Position numbers and translations under genes: made by a program. The notes under the pieces are model-generated. The model ran no database searches. It was not told where the DNA came from and saw only the letters and a program-made list of their open reading frames with translations. From assembly GCA_000990585.1 (NCBI GenBank), contig LBQD01000001.1, positions 62,965 through 126,964 on the forward strand: DNA of 64,000 bases. Reading direction: 5' to 3'. Below, one piece after another: positions 18,952 through 29,760 of this stretch (positions are counted from its first letter, which is position 1; each line of letters opens with the position of its first letter). The stretch is from Candidatus Moranbacteria bacterium GW2011_GWE2_35_2- (GTDB lineage: Bacteria; Patescibacteriota; Minisyncoccia; Moranbacterales; UBA9337).

Positions 18952-20028
18952 ATGGAAATAAAAATATCCGCTCAGGATGAATTTACTTTGAGCGAAAAAG
19001 AAATAAAAGAAAAACAGCAGAAAATTAAAAATGTCGATAATGTTTCTGAGTTGCGTCAGGATTTGGTTACCGGAGATTGGGTGGTGATTGCGACTGGACG
19101 TGCTAAGCGGCCGGAAGATTTTTCCAAAAATGTGCGACAACTTTCCAATGATGATTCGAATGAGTGTCTTTTTTGCGAGCCGGAAAAGACTAATCAAGAA
19201 AAAGATGTTTTGATTTATCGCCAAGATGATGGAGACTGGACGTTACGAGTTTTTCCGAACAAATTTCCGGCTTTTTCTTCCGGTGGCGAAATGGAATTGT
19301 TGTCGGAAGGTCCATATTTTGCTGTGAGTGGATTTGGATACCATGAAGTATTGGTGACGCGAGATCACGAAAGGCATATGGCGCTTCTTGATGAAGTGGA
19401 GATTGCGGAGATTTTTGATGCTTATCAAGATCGATACTTGTCGTTAATGAAAGATAAAAATGTGAATTATATCAGTATTTTTCATAATCATGGAAAGGAA
19501 GCCGGTGCGTCAATTGCTCATCCGCATTCGCAGTTGATGGCGATTCCGGTTATTTCTCCATATGTGAAATTAGAATTGGAAGGATCAAAAAAATATTTTA
19601 AAGCGAATAATGATTTTGTGTATGAAGTAATGGTAGAATATGAAAGTCAAGAGAAAAAAAGAATTGTTTTTGAAAATGATCGGTTTATTGCGTTCTGTCC
19701 TTTTTCTTCTCGGGCGGCTTTTGAAGTTTGGGTGATGCCGAAATATCAACAGCCGTATTTTGAACGAACTAACAATGAGGATAAACTAAAATTGGCGGAA
19801 GTTTTTAAAAAAGCAATGTTCAGTATATGTAAGGCCTTGAATGATCCGGCGTATAATTTTTATATTCATACCGCCCCTTGTGACGGAAAAGATTATCCGT
19901 ATTACAGATGGCATATTGAAATTTTGCCGCACACATCCAATTGGGCGGGGTTTGAATTGGAAACCGGAATTGAAATTTCAACAATAGAACCGGAAAAAGC
20001 AGCAGAGTATTTGCGAAAGTGGTTATAA
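18952..20028 (+). CDS. galT: Galactose-1-phosphate uridylyltransferase family protein (HIT-like). An alternative TTG start lies at 18940
   Basis: CLFCEPE zinc motif...HNHGKEAGASIAHPHSQL resembles the GalT HPHGQ active-site region. Confidence 0.7.
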   Translation: MEIKISAQDEFTLSEKEIKEKQQKIKNVDNVSELRQDLVTGDWVVIATGRAKRPEDFSKNVRQLSNDDSNECLFCEPEKTNQEKDVLIYRQDDGDWTLRVFPNKFPAFSSGGEMELLSEGPYFAVSGFGYHEVLVTRDHERHMALLDEVEIAEIFDAYQDRYLSLMKDKNVNYISIFHNHGKEAGASIAHPHSQLMAIPVISPYVKLELEGSKKYFKANNDFVYEVMVEYESQEKKRIVFENDRFIAFCPFSSRAAFEVWVMPKYQQPYFERTNNEDKLKLAEVFKKAMFSICKALNDPAYNFYIHTAPCDGKDYPYYRWHIEILPHTSNWAGFELETGIEISTIEPEKAAEYLRKWL

Positions 20029-20056
20029 TTTTGTGTAATATATATTAAATTAAAAT

Positions 20057-20707
20057 ATGATTTCAGATATAATTTCGTTTTTGGCGCAGTTTATAATTTG
20101 GGGAATTGATTTGATGGGATATTCCGGCGTGGCTTTGATGATGGCAATTGAATCTGCGTGCGTGCCACTTCCTTCCGAGATAATTATGCCGTTTTCGGGA
20201 TATTTGGTTTCAACCGGACAGTTTTCTTTATGGGGAGTTTCTCTTGCTGGAGCAATTGGATGTGTTCTAGGTAGCACGGTGGCATATTGGGTAGGGTATT
20301 ATGGTGGTCGACCGGCAGCGGAAAAATACGGAAAGTATATTTTGGTTACCGAGCACGATTTAAACATTGCTGATAATTTTTTTGCAAAATACGGAAATGC
20401 CGCTGTTTTTATTTCTCGAATGCTTCCGGTGATACGGACATTTATTTCACTTCCGGCGGGAATTGCCAGAATGAATTTTCCTAAATTTATTGTCTATACA
20501 TTTGCCGGATCATTGCCATTTTGCTACATTTTGGCATACATTGGAAAGCAATTGGGAGATAATTGGGACACGCTCGGGGTATATTTCCACAAATTCGACG
20601 CGGTGATTGGGGTATTGATTTTACTCGGCTTAATTTGGTTTGTGCGAAGGCATATAAATATCAAGAATTCTCATTCAAAAATGTCTAATTCTGCACAAAT
20701 TGATTAA
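20057..20707 (+). CDS. DedA/SNARE-associated family membrane protein
   Basis: GYSGVALMMAIESACVPLPSE...YGGRPAAEKYGKY... is the DedA signature. Confidence 0.82.
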   Translation: MISDIISFLAQFIIWGIDLMGYSGVALMMAIESACVPLPSEIIMPFSGYLVSTGQFSLWGVSLAGAIGCVLGSTVAYWVGYYGGRPAAEKYGKYILVTEHDLNIADNFFAKYGNAAVFISRMLPVIRTFISLPAGIARMNFPKFIVYTFAGSLPFCYILAYIGKQLGDNWDTLGVYFHKFDAVIGVLILLGLIWFVRRHINIKNSHSKMSNSAQID

Positions 20708-20792
20708 TATAAATAAAAATAGTAGTCGGAAATCCAAAGTGCCACCCTTTTGGGAAGTAAGCCTCTGATTGAAACCTTAATGATTTAATTTT

Positions 20793-21566
20793 ATGAACAA
20801 GAAGACAATAATAGGGAATATTAAGATGAATCTTATTACTCTTTCGGAAAGAGATAGTTATTTGAAGGCGCTTAAGAGTGATATTAAAAAAGTTAAACTT
20901 GGGGATGATGTGGAAATGGTTTTATGTGTTCCTTTTGTACATTTGGAATTTTTTGCGAAAAATTTAAAAAGAACAAAGATTAAATTGGGTGTGCAGAATA
21001 TTTTCTGGCAAGAAAGGGGGTCGTTTACCGGAGAAATATCTCCTGTAATGGCAAAAGAATACGGAGCTGATTATTCTATTATCGGGCATAGCGAAAGAAG
21101 AGGATATTTTAAGGAAAATAATCAAGAAATAAACTTGAAAATAAAGTCAGCAATCAAGAATGGAATTATCCCTATTTTGTGTATAGGGGAAACTTTACAA
21201 GAAAGACAGAAAGGATTAATCAATGATATTATTTCTCGCCAATTGAATGAAGGATTGGAAGGTATTTCCCGGATGCAAGCGGAAAAAATAATTATTGCTT
21301 ATGAACCGGTTTGGGTAATCGGATCTGATGCGGAGCCTACAAGTGATGAAATAATGGAAGCGAGAATTTTGATTCGCAAAATTTTAACGGGGAAATATGG
21401 ATCCGATACAACTGGAAAAATAAAAGTTTTATATGGCGCAAATGTGAAAGCGAGTTTAATAAAGAAAATGTGCTTGGATCCGCAGATGGATGGAGTGCTC
21501 GTCGGAAGAGAAAGTTTGGTGCCGTTTAATTTAATTGAGATAGTTAAAGGTTTTGAAAAATGTTAA
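20793..21566 (+). CDS. tpiA: Triosephosphate isomerase
   Basis: IIGNIKMN...IIGHSERR...CIGETL...AYEPVWVIGS. Confidence 0.92.
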   Translation: MNKKTIIGNIKMNLITLSERDSYLKALKSDIKKVKLGDDVEMVLCVPFVHLEFFAKNLKRTKIKLGVQNIFWQERGSFTGEISPVMAKEYGADYSIIGHSERRGYFKENNQEINLKIKSAIKNGIIPILCIGETLQERQKGLINDIISRQLNEGLEGISRMQAEKIIIAYEPVWVIGSDAEPTSDEIMEARILIRKILTGKYGSDTTGKIKVLYGANVKASLIKKMCLDPQMDGVLVGRESLVPFNLIEIVKGFEKC

Positions 21567-21581
21567 ATAAAAAATAAAAAT

Positions 21582-22454
21582 ATGATTGTTGGAGTAGGTG
21601 AAATCTTGAAAAAAGCGAAAGATGGCGGGTATGCCGTTGGAGCTTTTAATGTTGTTAATATGGAAACCGTTCAGGCAATTTTGCAGGCTGCATCGGAAGT
21701 TCGCTCTCCGGTAATACTTCAAGTAACGGAAAAAACGATGGATTATTCCGGAGGAAGAAATATTTTTCATATCATCAAAAATACGGCCGAATTTTATTAT
21801 CCTGAAGTTCCGGTGGGAATTCACTTGGATCACGGAAAAAGTTTTGAAGTTGTTCAACGAGCAGTGGAAATCGGTTTTGATTCAGTAATGTATGACGGTT
21901 CCAGAAGAGAATATGAAGACAATTTGGCGATGACAAAAAAAGTGGTTGAATTTTGTCAAGAAAATTTTGCCGGAAAAGTTAGTGTGCAAGCTGAATTAGG
22001 AAGCGTTCCTTATCTCGGAGAAGTTAATATGAATGATAATGAATGGGAGAAATATATGACGGATCCGGGGCAAGCGGAAGAGTTCGTAAAAGAAACCGGA
22101 ATTTCTGCCTTAGCAGTAGCAATTGGGAACGCACATGGATTTGCCAAGGAGCGCAAGGAGCCGGATTATGCTCGGTTAGAAATGATTAATAAATTAGTAG
22201 ATATTCCTTTGATTTTGCACGGAGCGTCGGATTGGGAAAACGGAAGAGTAAAGGAAGTGATTAAGAGAGGAATTTGTTGTTTCAATGTGGATACTGCTAC
22301 TAGAATGGCTTTTATTAACAATATTATGGTGGCGCTCAAAGATGAGGGTGGCGGTTCGTTTGATATGCGCCGACTTTTGGGCAATGCACGTGAAGCAATT
22401 AAGGAAGTAGTAAAAACCAAGATGAAATATTTTGGAAGTGATGGAAAGATATAA
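21582..22454 (+). CDS. fba: Fructose-bisphosphate aldolase class II
   Basis: YAVGAFNV.NME..QAIL.AA.E..SPVILQ...HLDHG.... Confidence 0.9.
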   Translation: MIVGVGEILKKAKDGGYAVGAFNVVNMETVQAILQAASEVRSPVILQVTEKTMDYSGGRNIFHIIKNTAEFYYPEVPVGIHLDHGKSFEVVQRAVEIGFDSVMYDGSRREYEDNLAMTKKVVEFCQENFAGKVSVQAELGSVPYLGEVNMNDNEWEKYMTDPGQAEEFVKETGISALAVAIGNAHGFAKERKEPDYARLEMINKLVDIPLILHGASDWENGRVKEVIKRGICCFNVDTATRMAFINNIMVALKDEGGGSFDMRRLLGNAREAIKEVVKTKMKYFGSDGKI

Positions 22455-22561
22455 TTTAAAAATAAAAATGACAATTAAAAACTTTAAATTATAATAAGTT
22501 TTTTAATATTGTATAATTTTTTTAAATTTGATATTTGCATTTTGAATTTAGCGAATTGATT

Positions 22562-22759
22562 ATGTGTCTTGCTTATCCCGGAAAAATTAAATCAATAAAA
22601 AACGGTTTGGCAACCGTTGATTTTGATGGTATTGAAAAAGAAGTGAATGTTTCTTTGGTGGATGCTAAAAAAGGAGACTATGTAATTGTCCATGCCGGAT
22701 TTGCGATTGAAGTTATGGATAAAAAAACAGGAGAAGATAGTCAGGAAATATTTAAATAA
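22562..22759 (+). CDS. hypC: [NiFe]-hydrogenase maturation chaperone HypC/HupF
   Basis: Begins MCLAYPGKI (conserved N-terminal Cys2). The tracked ORF starts 27 nt upstream, but HypC requires Met-Cys. Confidence 0.8.
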   Translation: MCLAYPGKIKSIKNGLATVDFDGIEKEVNVSLVDAKKGDYVIVHAGFAIEVMDKKTGEDSQEIFK

Positions 22760-23797
22760 ATGAGAATGCAACAAAAATTAATCAGTGAAATTAATAAACT
22801 GGCCAGGGAGATTGGGCGAGGGGTGAACTTAATGGAAGTTTGCGGGACGCATACGCAAGCAATCAGTCGAAACGGAATTCGTCAAATTTTGCCCGAAAAT
22901 ATCAATTTGATTACCGGACCGGGATGTCCGGTTTGTGTTAGTTCGCAAAAAGACATTGATGCAATTGTAAGTTTGGCACTGGCGGGAATTCCGGTGGCGA
23001 CATATGGCGATGTCCTTCGCGTTGCGGGAAGATTTGGCAGTTTGGATGATGCGCGCGAAAAAGGTGCGCGAGTTTTCGGCGTGTATGATGTTGTCGAGGC
23101 ACTGGCTTTGCAAAAAAAATATCCAAACTTGGTTTTTTTCGGATTGGGATTCGATACGACAACGCCAATGACTGCTTGGGCAATTAAGAAAGGTTTAATG
23201 GTTTATTCTTCTCATAAAATTTTTATTCCGGCGATGCAAGCACTTTTGGATTTAGGCGAAGTGAATATTGATGGATTTATTGATCCGGGACATGTTAGCG
23301 CTATAATCGGCAGTAAACCGTATGAAATTCTTGGAGTTGCGCAAGTAATAACCGGATTTGAAGCGCAGGATATTTTGGAAGGAATTTTAATGTTACTCGC
23401 GCAAATAAAAGATGGACGAAAGGAAGTAGAAAATCAATATCAAAGAGTGGTGAAAAAAGAAGGAAATAGGAAGGCGCGAAATTTGATTTTTGAAGTTTTT
23501 GAAATTAGTGATGGTAATTGGCGAGGTTTTGGAAAAATTCCTGGTTCCGGATTGGAAATAAAAAAAGAATTTTCGCATTTTGACGCGAAAGTGAAATATA
23601 AAAATATTTTAGACAAAGTTGATTTTTCACTTTCCAAAGAGCCATTGGGATGCCGGTGTGGCGAGGTGGTGAGAGGTTTGATTTTACCAAAAAAATGTCC
23701 AATGTTCGGGAAAAAATGCACACCAGAAAATCCTATTGGACCGTGCATGGTTTCATTGGAGGGTGCATGTCATAATTTTTTTTCATCGAAAAATTAG
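22760..23797 (+). CDS. hypD: [NiFe]-hydrogenase maturation protein HypD
   Basis: MEVCGTHT, GPGCPVCV, and a C-terminal Cys cluster CRCGE...CPMFG..C. Confidence 0.88.
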   Translation: MRMQQKLISEINKLAREIGRGVNLMEVCGTHTQAISRNGIRQILPENINLITGPGCPVCVSSQKDIDAIVSLALAGIPVATYGDVLRVAGRFGSLDDAREKGARVFGVYDVVEALALQKKYPNLVFFGLGFDTTTPMTAWAIKKGLMVYSSHKIFIPAMQALLDLGEVNIDGFIDPGHVSAIIGSKPYEILGVAQVITGFEAQDILEGILMLLAQIKDGRKEVENQYQRVVKKEGNRKARNLIFEVFEISDGNWRGFGKIPGSGLEIKKEFSHFDAKVKYKNILDKVDFSLSKEPLGCRCGEVVRGLILPKKCPMFGKKCTPENPIGPCMVSLEGACHNFFSSKN

Positions 23798-23816
23798 ATA
23801 GGTATTTTTTTATTTG

Positions 23817-24878
23817 TTATTGTTGCATTTTTAATTTGATATCTTCTTCCATTAGCGCATCAATAATTTTTTCTATTTCTCCATCTAAAATTGACGGTAA
23901 ATTGCTCCAATTTTGTTTGATGCGATGGTCGGTGACGCGGTCTTGCGGGAAATTGTAGGTTCTTATTTTTTCACTGCGGTCGCCAGTTCCAATTTGGCTT
24001 TTTCTGGCATCTCCCAATTCTTTAGCTCTTTTATCCTGCTCAATTTGAACCAAGCGAGACCGCAGAACTTTCATTGCTTTATCTTTATTTTTATGCTGTG
24101 ATTTTTCATCTTGACAAGAAACAATCAGTCCGGTAGGAAGGTGAGTGATGCGAATGGCGGATTTGGTTGTGTTGACCGATTGACCTCCCGGTCCAGATGA
24201 GCAGAAGGTATCGATGCGCAAATCTTTTTCATCGATTTTGAATTCTACTTCTTCGATTTGAGGAAGTACGGCAACAGTGGCAGTAGAAGTATGAATTCTC
24301 CCCATTTTTTCTGTTTCTGGGGTTCTCTGAACGCGGTGTACTCCGGATTCATATTTCATTTTTCCAAAAACGTTTGTTCCGATTATTTCAAAAATAACTT
24401 CCTTAAAACCGCCAATTCCAGTTTGATTGGAACTCATAAGAGAAATTTTCCATCCCTGATTTTCCGCAAATCGAGAGTACATACGAAATAGATCTCCGGC
24501 AAAAAGCGCAGATTCATCTCCGCCGGCGCCGGCGCGAATTTCTACGATAACGTCTTTGTTGTCGTTAGGATCTTTGGGAAGTAGCATTTGCTCCAATTTT
24601 TTATCCAGTTCATCTTTTTTTGGAGAAAGTTTGATATTTTCGTCCATCGCCATTTGTTTCATTTCTGGGTCAGTTTCTGTGTTTACGATTTGGGCATTTT
24701 CCCGCATTTCCTTCTTGATTTTTTCCAATTCGAAAATTACACCGATTATTTCGGTCATTTCCGCTTGTCTTTTACCTAGCTCGGCCATTTTTTTCATATC
24801 GGAAACTATTTCAGGAGAATTGAGTTTTTCTTGGATTTCAGCATATTCGTTTTTAATAACTTGTATTTTATGTTGCAT
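23817..24878 (-). CDS. prfA: Peptide chain release factor 1
   Basis: GGQ motif (SGPGGQSVN) and a PxT-type tripeptide (RTPET), not SPF. Confidence 0.88.
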   Translation of the reverse strand: MQHKIQVIKNEYAEIQEKLNSPEIVSDMKKMAELGKRQAEMTEIIGVIFELEKIKKEMRENAQIVNTETDPEMKQMAMDENIKLSPKKDELDKKLEQMLLPKDPNDNKDVIVEIRAGAGGDESALFAGDLFRMYSRFAENQGWKISLMSSNQTGIGGFKEVIFEIIGTNVFGKMKYESGVHRVQRTPETEKMGRIHTSTATVAVLPQIEEVEFKIDEKDLRIDTFCSSGPGGQSVNTTKSAIRITHLPTGLIVSCQDEKSQHKNKDKAMKVLRSRLVQIEQDKRAKELGDARKSQIGTGDRSEKIRTYNFPQDRVTDHRIKQNWSNLPSILDGEIEKIIDALMEEDIKLKMQQ

Positions 24879-25003
24879 AGAAATAGCATTTTTTATATAT
24901 TTATTCTGATTATTAAGTATATTAGAATTATACCACTAAGTCAATTTTGCATATAGTAAAATAAAAAACAGACGACTTTTTCGGTGCGTCTGTTTTTATG
25001 ATA

Positions 25004-28000
25004 TTAGGAATTTTTTCTTTCGAAAAGATAATAGAGAATAGGGAAGACTAATAGAGTGAGAAGTGTTGAAGCGGTGAGACCAAAGACGATCGCCCAAGCT
25101 AAACCTTCCCAAACCGGGTCGGCGACGATTGTGAGTGAACCGAGGATGGCGGTGAGTGAAGTGAGAATGATCGGCAAAAGGCGGATGCGTCCAGTTTCAA
25201 CTAAGGCATCTTTGAGCGGCAAACCTTTCTTTCGGAGCGGTTCCAAATACTCCAAATAGATAATGGCGTTTTTAACCGCTAAGCCGGACAGAGCAATGAC
25301 GCCGATCATTGAAGTTGCATTGAAATAGGTACCTTTTATAATTCCTAGAAAGGCAAACCCTGGTAAAACTCCGATGAGCGAAAGTGGGATACTACCCATA
25401 ATAAGAAGCGGGATGATTAATGATTCGGTTTGGGCGGCAACAACGAAATAAATGAGGAATATAACAAGAGCCATCACAATGCCGAGATCGCGAAAAACTT
25501 CCAATGTAAGTTTCCATTCCCCGTCGATCATAACAGAATATTGCTCTCCTGTTTCCGTATCGGTATATGTTACTCCGAATGGAGTCCATGTAGTTTTTGT
25601 TTCTTGGGCGTTCGGTAATTTGTAGGCTAGCAATTTTGGGAAAATATCTAATACGGCATAAACTACGCTTCGGTCTTCCATTTCCGCCGAAATGGAAGCG
25701 GTTTTTTGGCGTTCGTCGGTGTAAATTATACTGTCTTTTTCTGCTTCGGTTTTAAGAAGAAGTTCGGGTAGAGGAATCGGTGTTCCGTCGGCGCTTAGGA
25801 TGGTTAGACGATTGAAATTTTCCGCGAATTCACGGTCTTTCTTGTCTAAACGGACAATGATTTGCTCTTGATCATTTGTTTGGCCAAGATTGTCGTCACG
25901 GCGGTGATAAACGCCTATTGGTAAGCCGTGCAATTCGAGAAAAAGCATTTGATTGATAGCGCTTGGTGCGATGCCTAATTGTTGAGATTTCTCAATATTT
26001 ACTCGGTAAGATTGGTCATAATTTTGTTCCAAAATGGATGTGTCTAAATCAACGACACCGTCGATTTCGGAAACAGTTTTCTTGATGTCTCGAGCGATAG
26101 CAGTTATTTTTTTAGTATCTTCTCCTTGTACTTTGAGAAAAAGCGTCGCTAAGACCGGTGGTCCTGGTGGATCCTCGATGATTTTAATATTGGCGTCTGG
26201 ATGCTCTTCGGAAAATTTCAAGGAAATATCCCTGATGTCAGAGGCGATATCTTCACTGGTTGTGTCCCTTTCTTCTGGATGGGTTAGATTTATTTTTAAT
26301 GTTGCTTGATTTTGCTGGACGCGGAACGAACTGCCTTTGAAGAGTCCGTTAAAATCGACGATTTGCGATTGTCCGACAAAACTTTCCACACTTTTGATAT
26401 TTTCTTGAGTAAGGATATTTTTTTCCAATTTAGTAGAAAGCAGTGCAGTTTTTTCAATATTAGTTCCGTCCGGTAGATCTAAATATAGATAAAATTGTTC
26501 TTTGTCGGCTTTGGGAAGCATTCTAAATTTTACTATTTTGACAAGCGGCAGGGAAAGTGAAAAAATAATGGCGAAAGCGGTGCTGGCGATAAATATATTC
26601 CGAGCTTTTGATTGGTCAAGTAATATTCTAATGGTTTTAGCATAGGACGTTTCAATTTTTTTGATTACGCGGTCGATGAAATTGGTTTTTTTTTCATGAA
26701 TACTTTCTTTATGTAATAGGTGGGCGAAAAACGGATTAAGGGTGACGGCGAAAAGTAAAGAAGCTGCTAGTGCTACTGGTACGAAAAAGGGAATTGGTCC
26801 AATGTAAGGTCCCATCATTCCAGTTACAAACGCCATTGGAACAAAAGCCAAAATCATCGTGAGAGTGGACATAAAAAGTGCTGAACCAACTTCGTCTACG
26901 GCGAGAACTACGGTTTCTGTTTTATTTAATCCTAATTTCATCCGGAAATAGCGGTTGATATTTTCTACGACCACAATCGCGTCATCTACTAAAAGTCCGA
27001 GAGAGAGGATGAGCGCGAAAAGTGTGATGCGGTTAATTGTTTCGCCAAAAACATTTCCGATGGCGAAAACGGCGAAAAGGATTAATGGGATGACTAAGGA
27101 AATAATAAGCGCACTTCGAAATCCCAATATTAGAAGAATGACCGCACCGACGATAGCGATTGATTTAGCAAGTTCGATTGATAATTTGGTGATTTCTTCG
27201 CTGGCAGTTGCGCCTTCGTTGCGAAGGATTTTGGTTTTTATTTCTTTTGGAAGGGAAGAATTTTTAATTTCATCCAGCTTGGTAATAACATTTTCTGCGA
27301 TCGTGGTGGCGTTAGTGCCTTTTAATTTGGAAATGGCGATATAAACTACCGGTTGGGCGGAGCCGTTATCTTCTTTTTCTCGCAAGCGGACGTAGTTAGT
27401 GATTTCTCCCGGTCCGTAATCGACAGTAGCGACATCGGATATGCGAATAATGGAAGAGTTTTGTGAACGAATGATGATGTTTTCCAATTCTGTTGCGTCG
27501 CGAATATTTCCGTCAACGGTCAAAATGGAATTATAATTGTCGTTTTTGAAAGTATGTACGCCGTAATTTCCGTTGGCTGATTGAATGGCTTGGACGATTT
27601 CAAAAGGGGAAATTTCAAGAGCGGTAAGTTTTCCGACATCCAAAGATACATTGAGGTTGTTGATACGACCGCCTTTGATTTCGATTTTGGAAGTTCCTGA
27701 AACTTGTTTGAGATTGTCGGATATTTCAATTGCTGCTTTGCGTAAAGCCTGCTCGGAAAATTCATCTGAAAAAAGACCGATGGAGATAATTGGCACGTCC
27801 TCAGAATCCATTGTTTGGACGATTGGTTCGGAAGCTCCGGAAGGTTTCAATTGAATATTATCTCGTAGTTTTTGATTAAGGGTGGTTTTGGCTTTTTCTA
27901 AATCGGCGCCGACATAAAATTTGACAACTACGACGCTTTTCCCGCCGGAAAATGATTGGGAGGATATTTCATCCACTTCCGGGATTTCCTTGAGGACGTC

Positions 28001-28240
28001 TTCCATTTTGCGAGTGATTAATTCGAAAACTTCTTGACTGGTGGCATTGGGAAAATCAGTTGAGATAATGAAGGCCGGTGCAACGATTTCCGGATTGTAT
28101 TGTTTAGGCATTAGGATAAAACTCACGATACCCCACGCGGCAATGATGAGTATAGAAAGGATGCTCAATTCTCGATTATTGAGAAAAAGGCGTGTGATTT
28201 TGCCTGAGATGCCCAAGGTGTTTTTTTTATTATTATTCAT
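25004..28240 (-). CDS. RND superfamily efflux permease (AcrB/CusA-like, 12 TM plus two large periplasmic loops)
   Basis: 1078 aa. Architecture and conserved TM4/TM10 regions match RND pumps. Confidence 0.88.
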   Translation of the reverse strand: MNNNKKNTLGISGKITRLFLNNRELSILSILIIAAWGIVSFILMPKQYNPEIVAPAFIISTDFPNATSQEVFELITRKMEDVLKEIPEVDEISSQSFSGGKSVVVVKFYVGADLEKAKTTLNQKLRDNIQLKPSGASEPIVQTMDSEDVPIISIGLFSDEFSEQALRKAAIEISDNLKQVSGTSKIEIKGGRINNLNVSLDVGKLTALEISPFEIVQAIQSANGNYGVHTFKNDNYNSILTVDGNIRDATELENIIIRSQNSSIIRISDVATVDYGPGEITNYVRLREKEDNGSAQPVVYIAISKLKGTNATTIAENVITKLDEIKNSSLPKEIKTKILRNEGATASEEITKLSIELAKSIAIVGAVILLILGFRSALIISLVIPLILFAVFAIGNVFGETINRITLFALILSLGLLVDDAIVVVENINRYFRMKLGLNKTETVVLAVDEVGSALFMSTLTMILAFVPMAFVTGMMGPYIGPIPFFVPVALAASLLFAVTLNPFFAHLLHKESIHEKKTNFIDRVIKKIETSYAKTIRILLDQSKARNIFIASTAFAIIFSLSLPLVKIVKFRMLPKADKEQFYLYLDLPDGTNIEKTALLSTKLEKNILTQENIKSVESFVGQSQIVDFNGLFKGSSFRVQQNQATLKINLTHPEERDTTSEDIASDIRDISLKFSEEHPDANIKIIEDPPGPPVLATLFLKVQGEDTKKITAIARDIKKTVSEIDGVVDLDTSILEQNYDQSYRVNIEKSQQLGIAPSAINQMLFLELHGLPIGVYHRRDDNLGQTNDQEQIIVRLDKKDREFAENFNRLTILSADGTPIPLPELLLKTEAEKDSIIYTDERQKTASISAEMEDRSVVYAVLDIFPKLLAYKLPNAQETKTTWTPFGVTYTDTETGEQYSVMIDGEWKLTLEVFRDLGIVMALVIFLIYFVVAAQTESLIIPLLIMGSIPLSLIGVLPGFAFLGIIKGTYFNATSMIGVIALSGLAVKNAIIYLEYLEPLRKKGLPLKDALVETGRIRLLPIILTSLTAILGSLTIVADPVWEGLAWAIVFGLTASTLLTLLVFPILYYLFERKNS

Positions 28241-28252
28241 ATACTGGAAAAA

Positions 28253-29398
28253 TTAATAAATTACTGTATCGCCAGCGTGGATTTCATGAATTCCTTCTGT
28301 GATGACGATGTTTCCCGGTTCTAATCCGGAAACAATTTCTATTTGTCCAGCGTTGGTTTTTCCGACTGTGACTTTTTTCTTGTGAACAATTTTATCTTGA
28401 ATGATAAAAATAAAAGAATCTCCGAATTCATATAAAAGGGCATTTTCCGGAACAATAAGCGCCTTTTTGGAATTTTCCAGTGGAAGTTGCGCGCAGATGT
28501 AGTCTCCAATTGAAATAGAATGTGATGTGTTTTCTTTGGTACGCAAGCGAATGATTCCATTTTGATTTGCAAAATTAGTGAAAGCACTTTTAGCATATAT
28601 AAGACCAATTGTGGAGATGGAATTTTCTTTAGTAAGAAATATTTCTTGATTGATTGATAATTTTTCGATGATATTTTTTGGTGCGGAAATTTCGATCTCA
28701 GCTGTGTCGAGAGCGGATAGGGAATAGAGCGGGGTTCCGGCGATGACGAAAGTTCCAATTGTTATGTGGCGGCGAGTGATCGTTCCGGAGAAAGGTGCGC
28801 GGATAGTTTGTTTTTGTGCATAGTTGTCGGCAATCGATTGTTGATTTTCGATTTCAGAAACTTGGATGCGAGTGGAGGAAATTTGCAGATCGCGGGTGCG
28901 TCTGGCACTTTTAACCGATTCTTCGGCTAAAAACACATCCTTTTTAGTGGCGTTGCCATTATCAAAATCTTTTTCGATTTTTTTAAGTGCAGCTTTGGCT
29001 TCGTCGACTTTCTGATCATATAGTTTTTCGGTGTCGACAGCGGACTTTTTTGCGTTGTTTGAAACTTGCGCCAAACCGCGTGCGTTTGCGCTGATTGTTG
29101 AGTCGTCGATGATAGCTAGTATTTCGCCGGCACGGACTAAGTCGCCTTCATTTTTGAAAAGTTGCCGGACCATGCCGTTTATTTCCGGGGTTATTTCTGT
29201 ACGGTTTTTGCCGACTGCGAAAGCACAGTACGAGTTTTCGGGCAAAAATTCAGAAAGCGCGATAGGGGTCGCAATCACTTTTTTAGCAGGATTGCTATTC
29301 GCTACTACGGTTTTGGGTGAGGTATTGTGAAAGAATAAAAAAGTGCCACTTATACCGGCGATTGCGACAAACATAAAGAGAGACTTATTTTTAAGCAT
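28253..29398 (-). CDS. RND efflux membrane-fusion (periplasmic adaptor) protein
   Basis: N-terminal TM, lipoyl/beta-barrel MFP pattern (...NGMVRQLFKNEGDLVRAGEILAIIDD...). Immediately upstream of the pump. Confidence 0.8.
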   Translation of the reverse strand: MLKNKSLFMFVAIAGISGTFLFFHNTSPKTVVANSNPAKKVIATPIALSEFLPENSYCAFAVGKNRTEITPEINGMVRQLFKNEGDLVRAGEILAIIDDSTISANARGLAQVSNNAKKSAVDTEKLYDQKVDEAKAALKKIEKDFDNGNATKKDVFLAEESVKSARRTRDLQISSTRIQVSEIENQQSIADNYAQKQTIRAPFSGTITRRHITIGTFVIAGTPLYSLSALDTAEIEISAPKNIIEKLSINQEIFLTKENSISTIGLIYAKSAFTNFANQNGIIRLRTKENTSHSISIGDYICAQLPLENSKKALIVPENALLYEFGDSFIFIIQDKIVHKKKVTVGKTNAGQIEIVSGLEPGNIVITEGIHEIHAGDTVIY

Positions 29399-29422
29399 AT
29401 TTTTTTAAAATATAAAATTAGA

Positions 29423-29710
29423 TTATTTGTTTTGTGCAGTACGGATTATTTTCAGGATTTCTGTTTGCATTGTTTCAAAGTTGCGTCGCGACAGTTTATT
29501 TTTATTGGCGCTGTCAAGATGCTGTTGCATATAACTTTCCAGCATCAAGAGATTAGTGTTTTTTAGCAGACCGATAATCGCCAAATTTTGTTGAATAATA
29601 GAAAAGCAATTTTTTTCTTGCTCGACCATCGGGATTATTTTTTCCAGTGAAGTCCGAGCTTTTTTGAGAGCAATAAGGATTCTCTCTTTATTTGCGGTTG
29701 ATTTTTTCAT
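29423..29710 (-). CDS. CsoR/RcnR/FrmR-family metal-sensing transcriptional repressor (DUF156)
   Basis: 95 aa; all-helical ...EQEKNCFSIIQQNLAIIGLL...LESYMQQHLD pattern with conserved Cys/His positions. Confidence 0.65.
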   Translation of the reverse strand: MKKSTANKERILIALKKARTSLEKIIPMVEQEKNCFSIIQQNLAIIGLLKNTNLLMLESYMQQHLDSANKNKLSRRNFETMQTEILKIIRTAQNK

Positions 29711-29741
29711 AGTGATATTATTTTGTTTAATGAATTAAACT

Positions 29742-29760
29742 CCTATACCTAGGGTATAGG
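29742..29760. promoter_or_regulatory. Perfect 8-3-8 palindrome CCTATACC-tag-GGTATAGG immediately upstream of the CsoR-like gene (candidate operator)
   Basis: Read directly; resembles CsoR-type TACC-N-GGTA operators; TATAAT follows at 29761. Confidence 0.55.
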
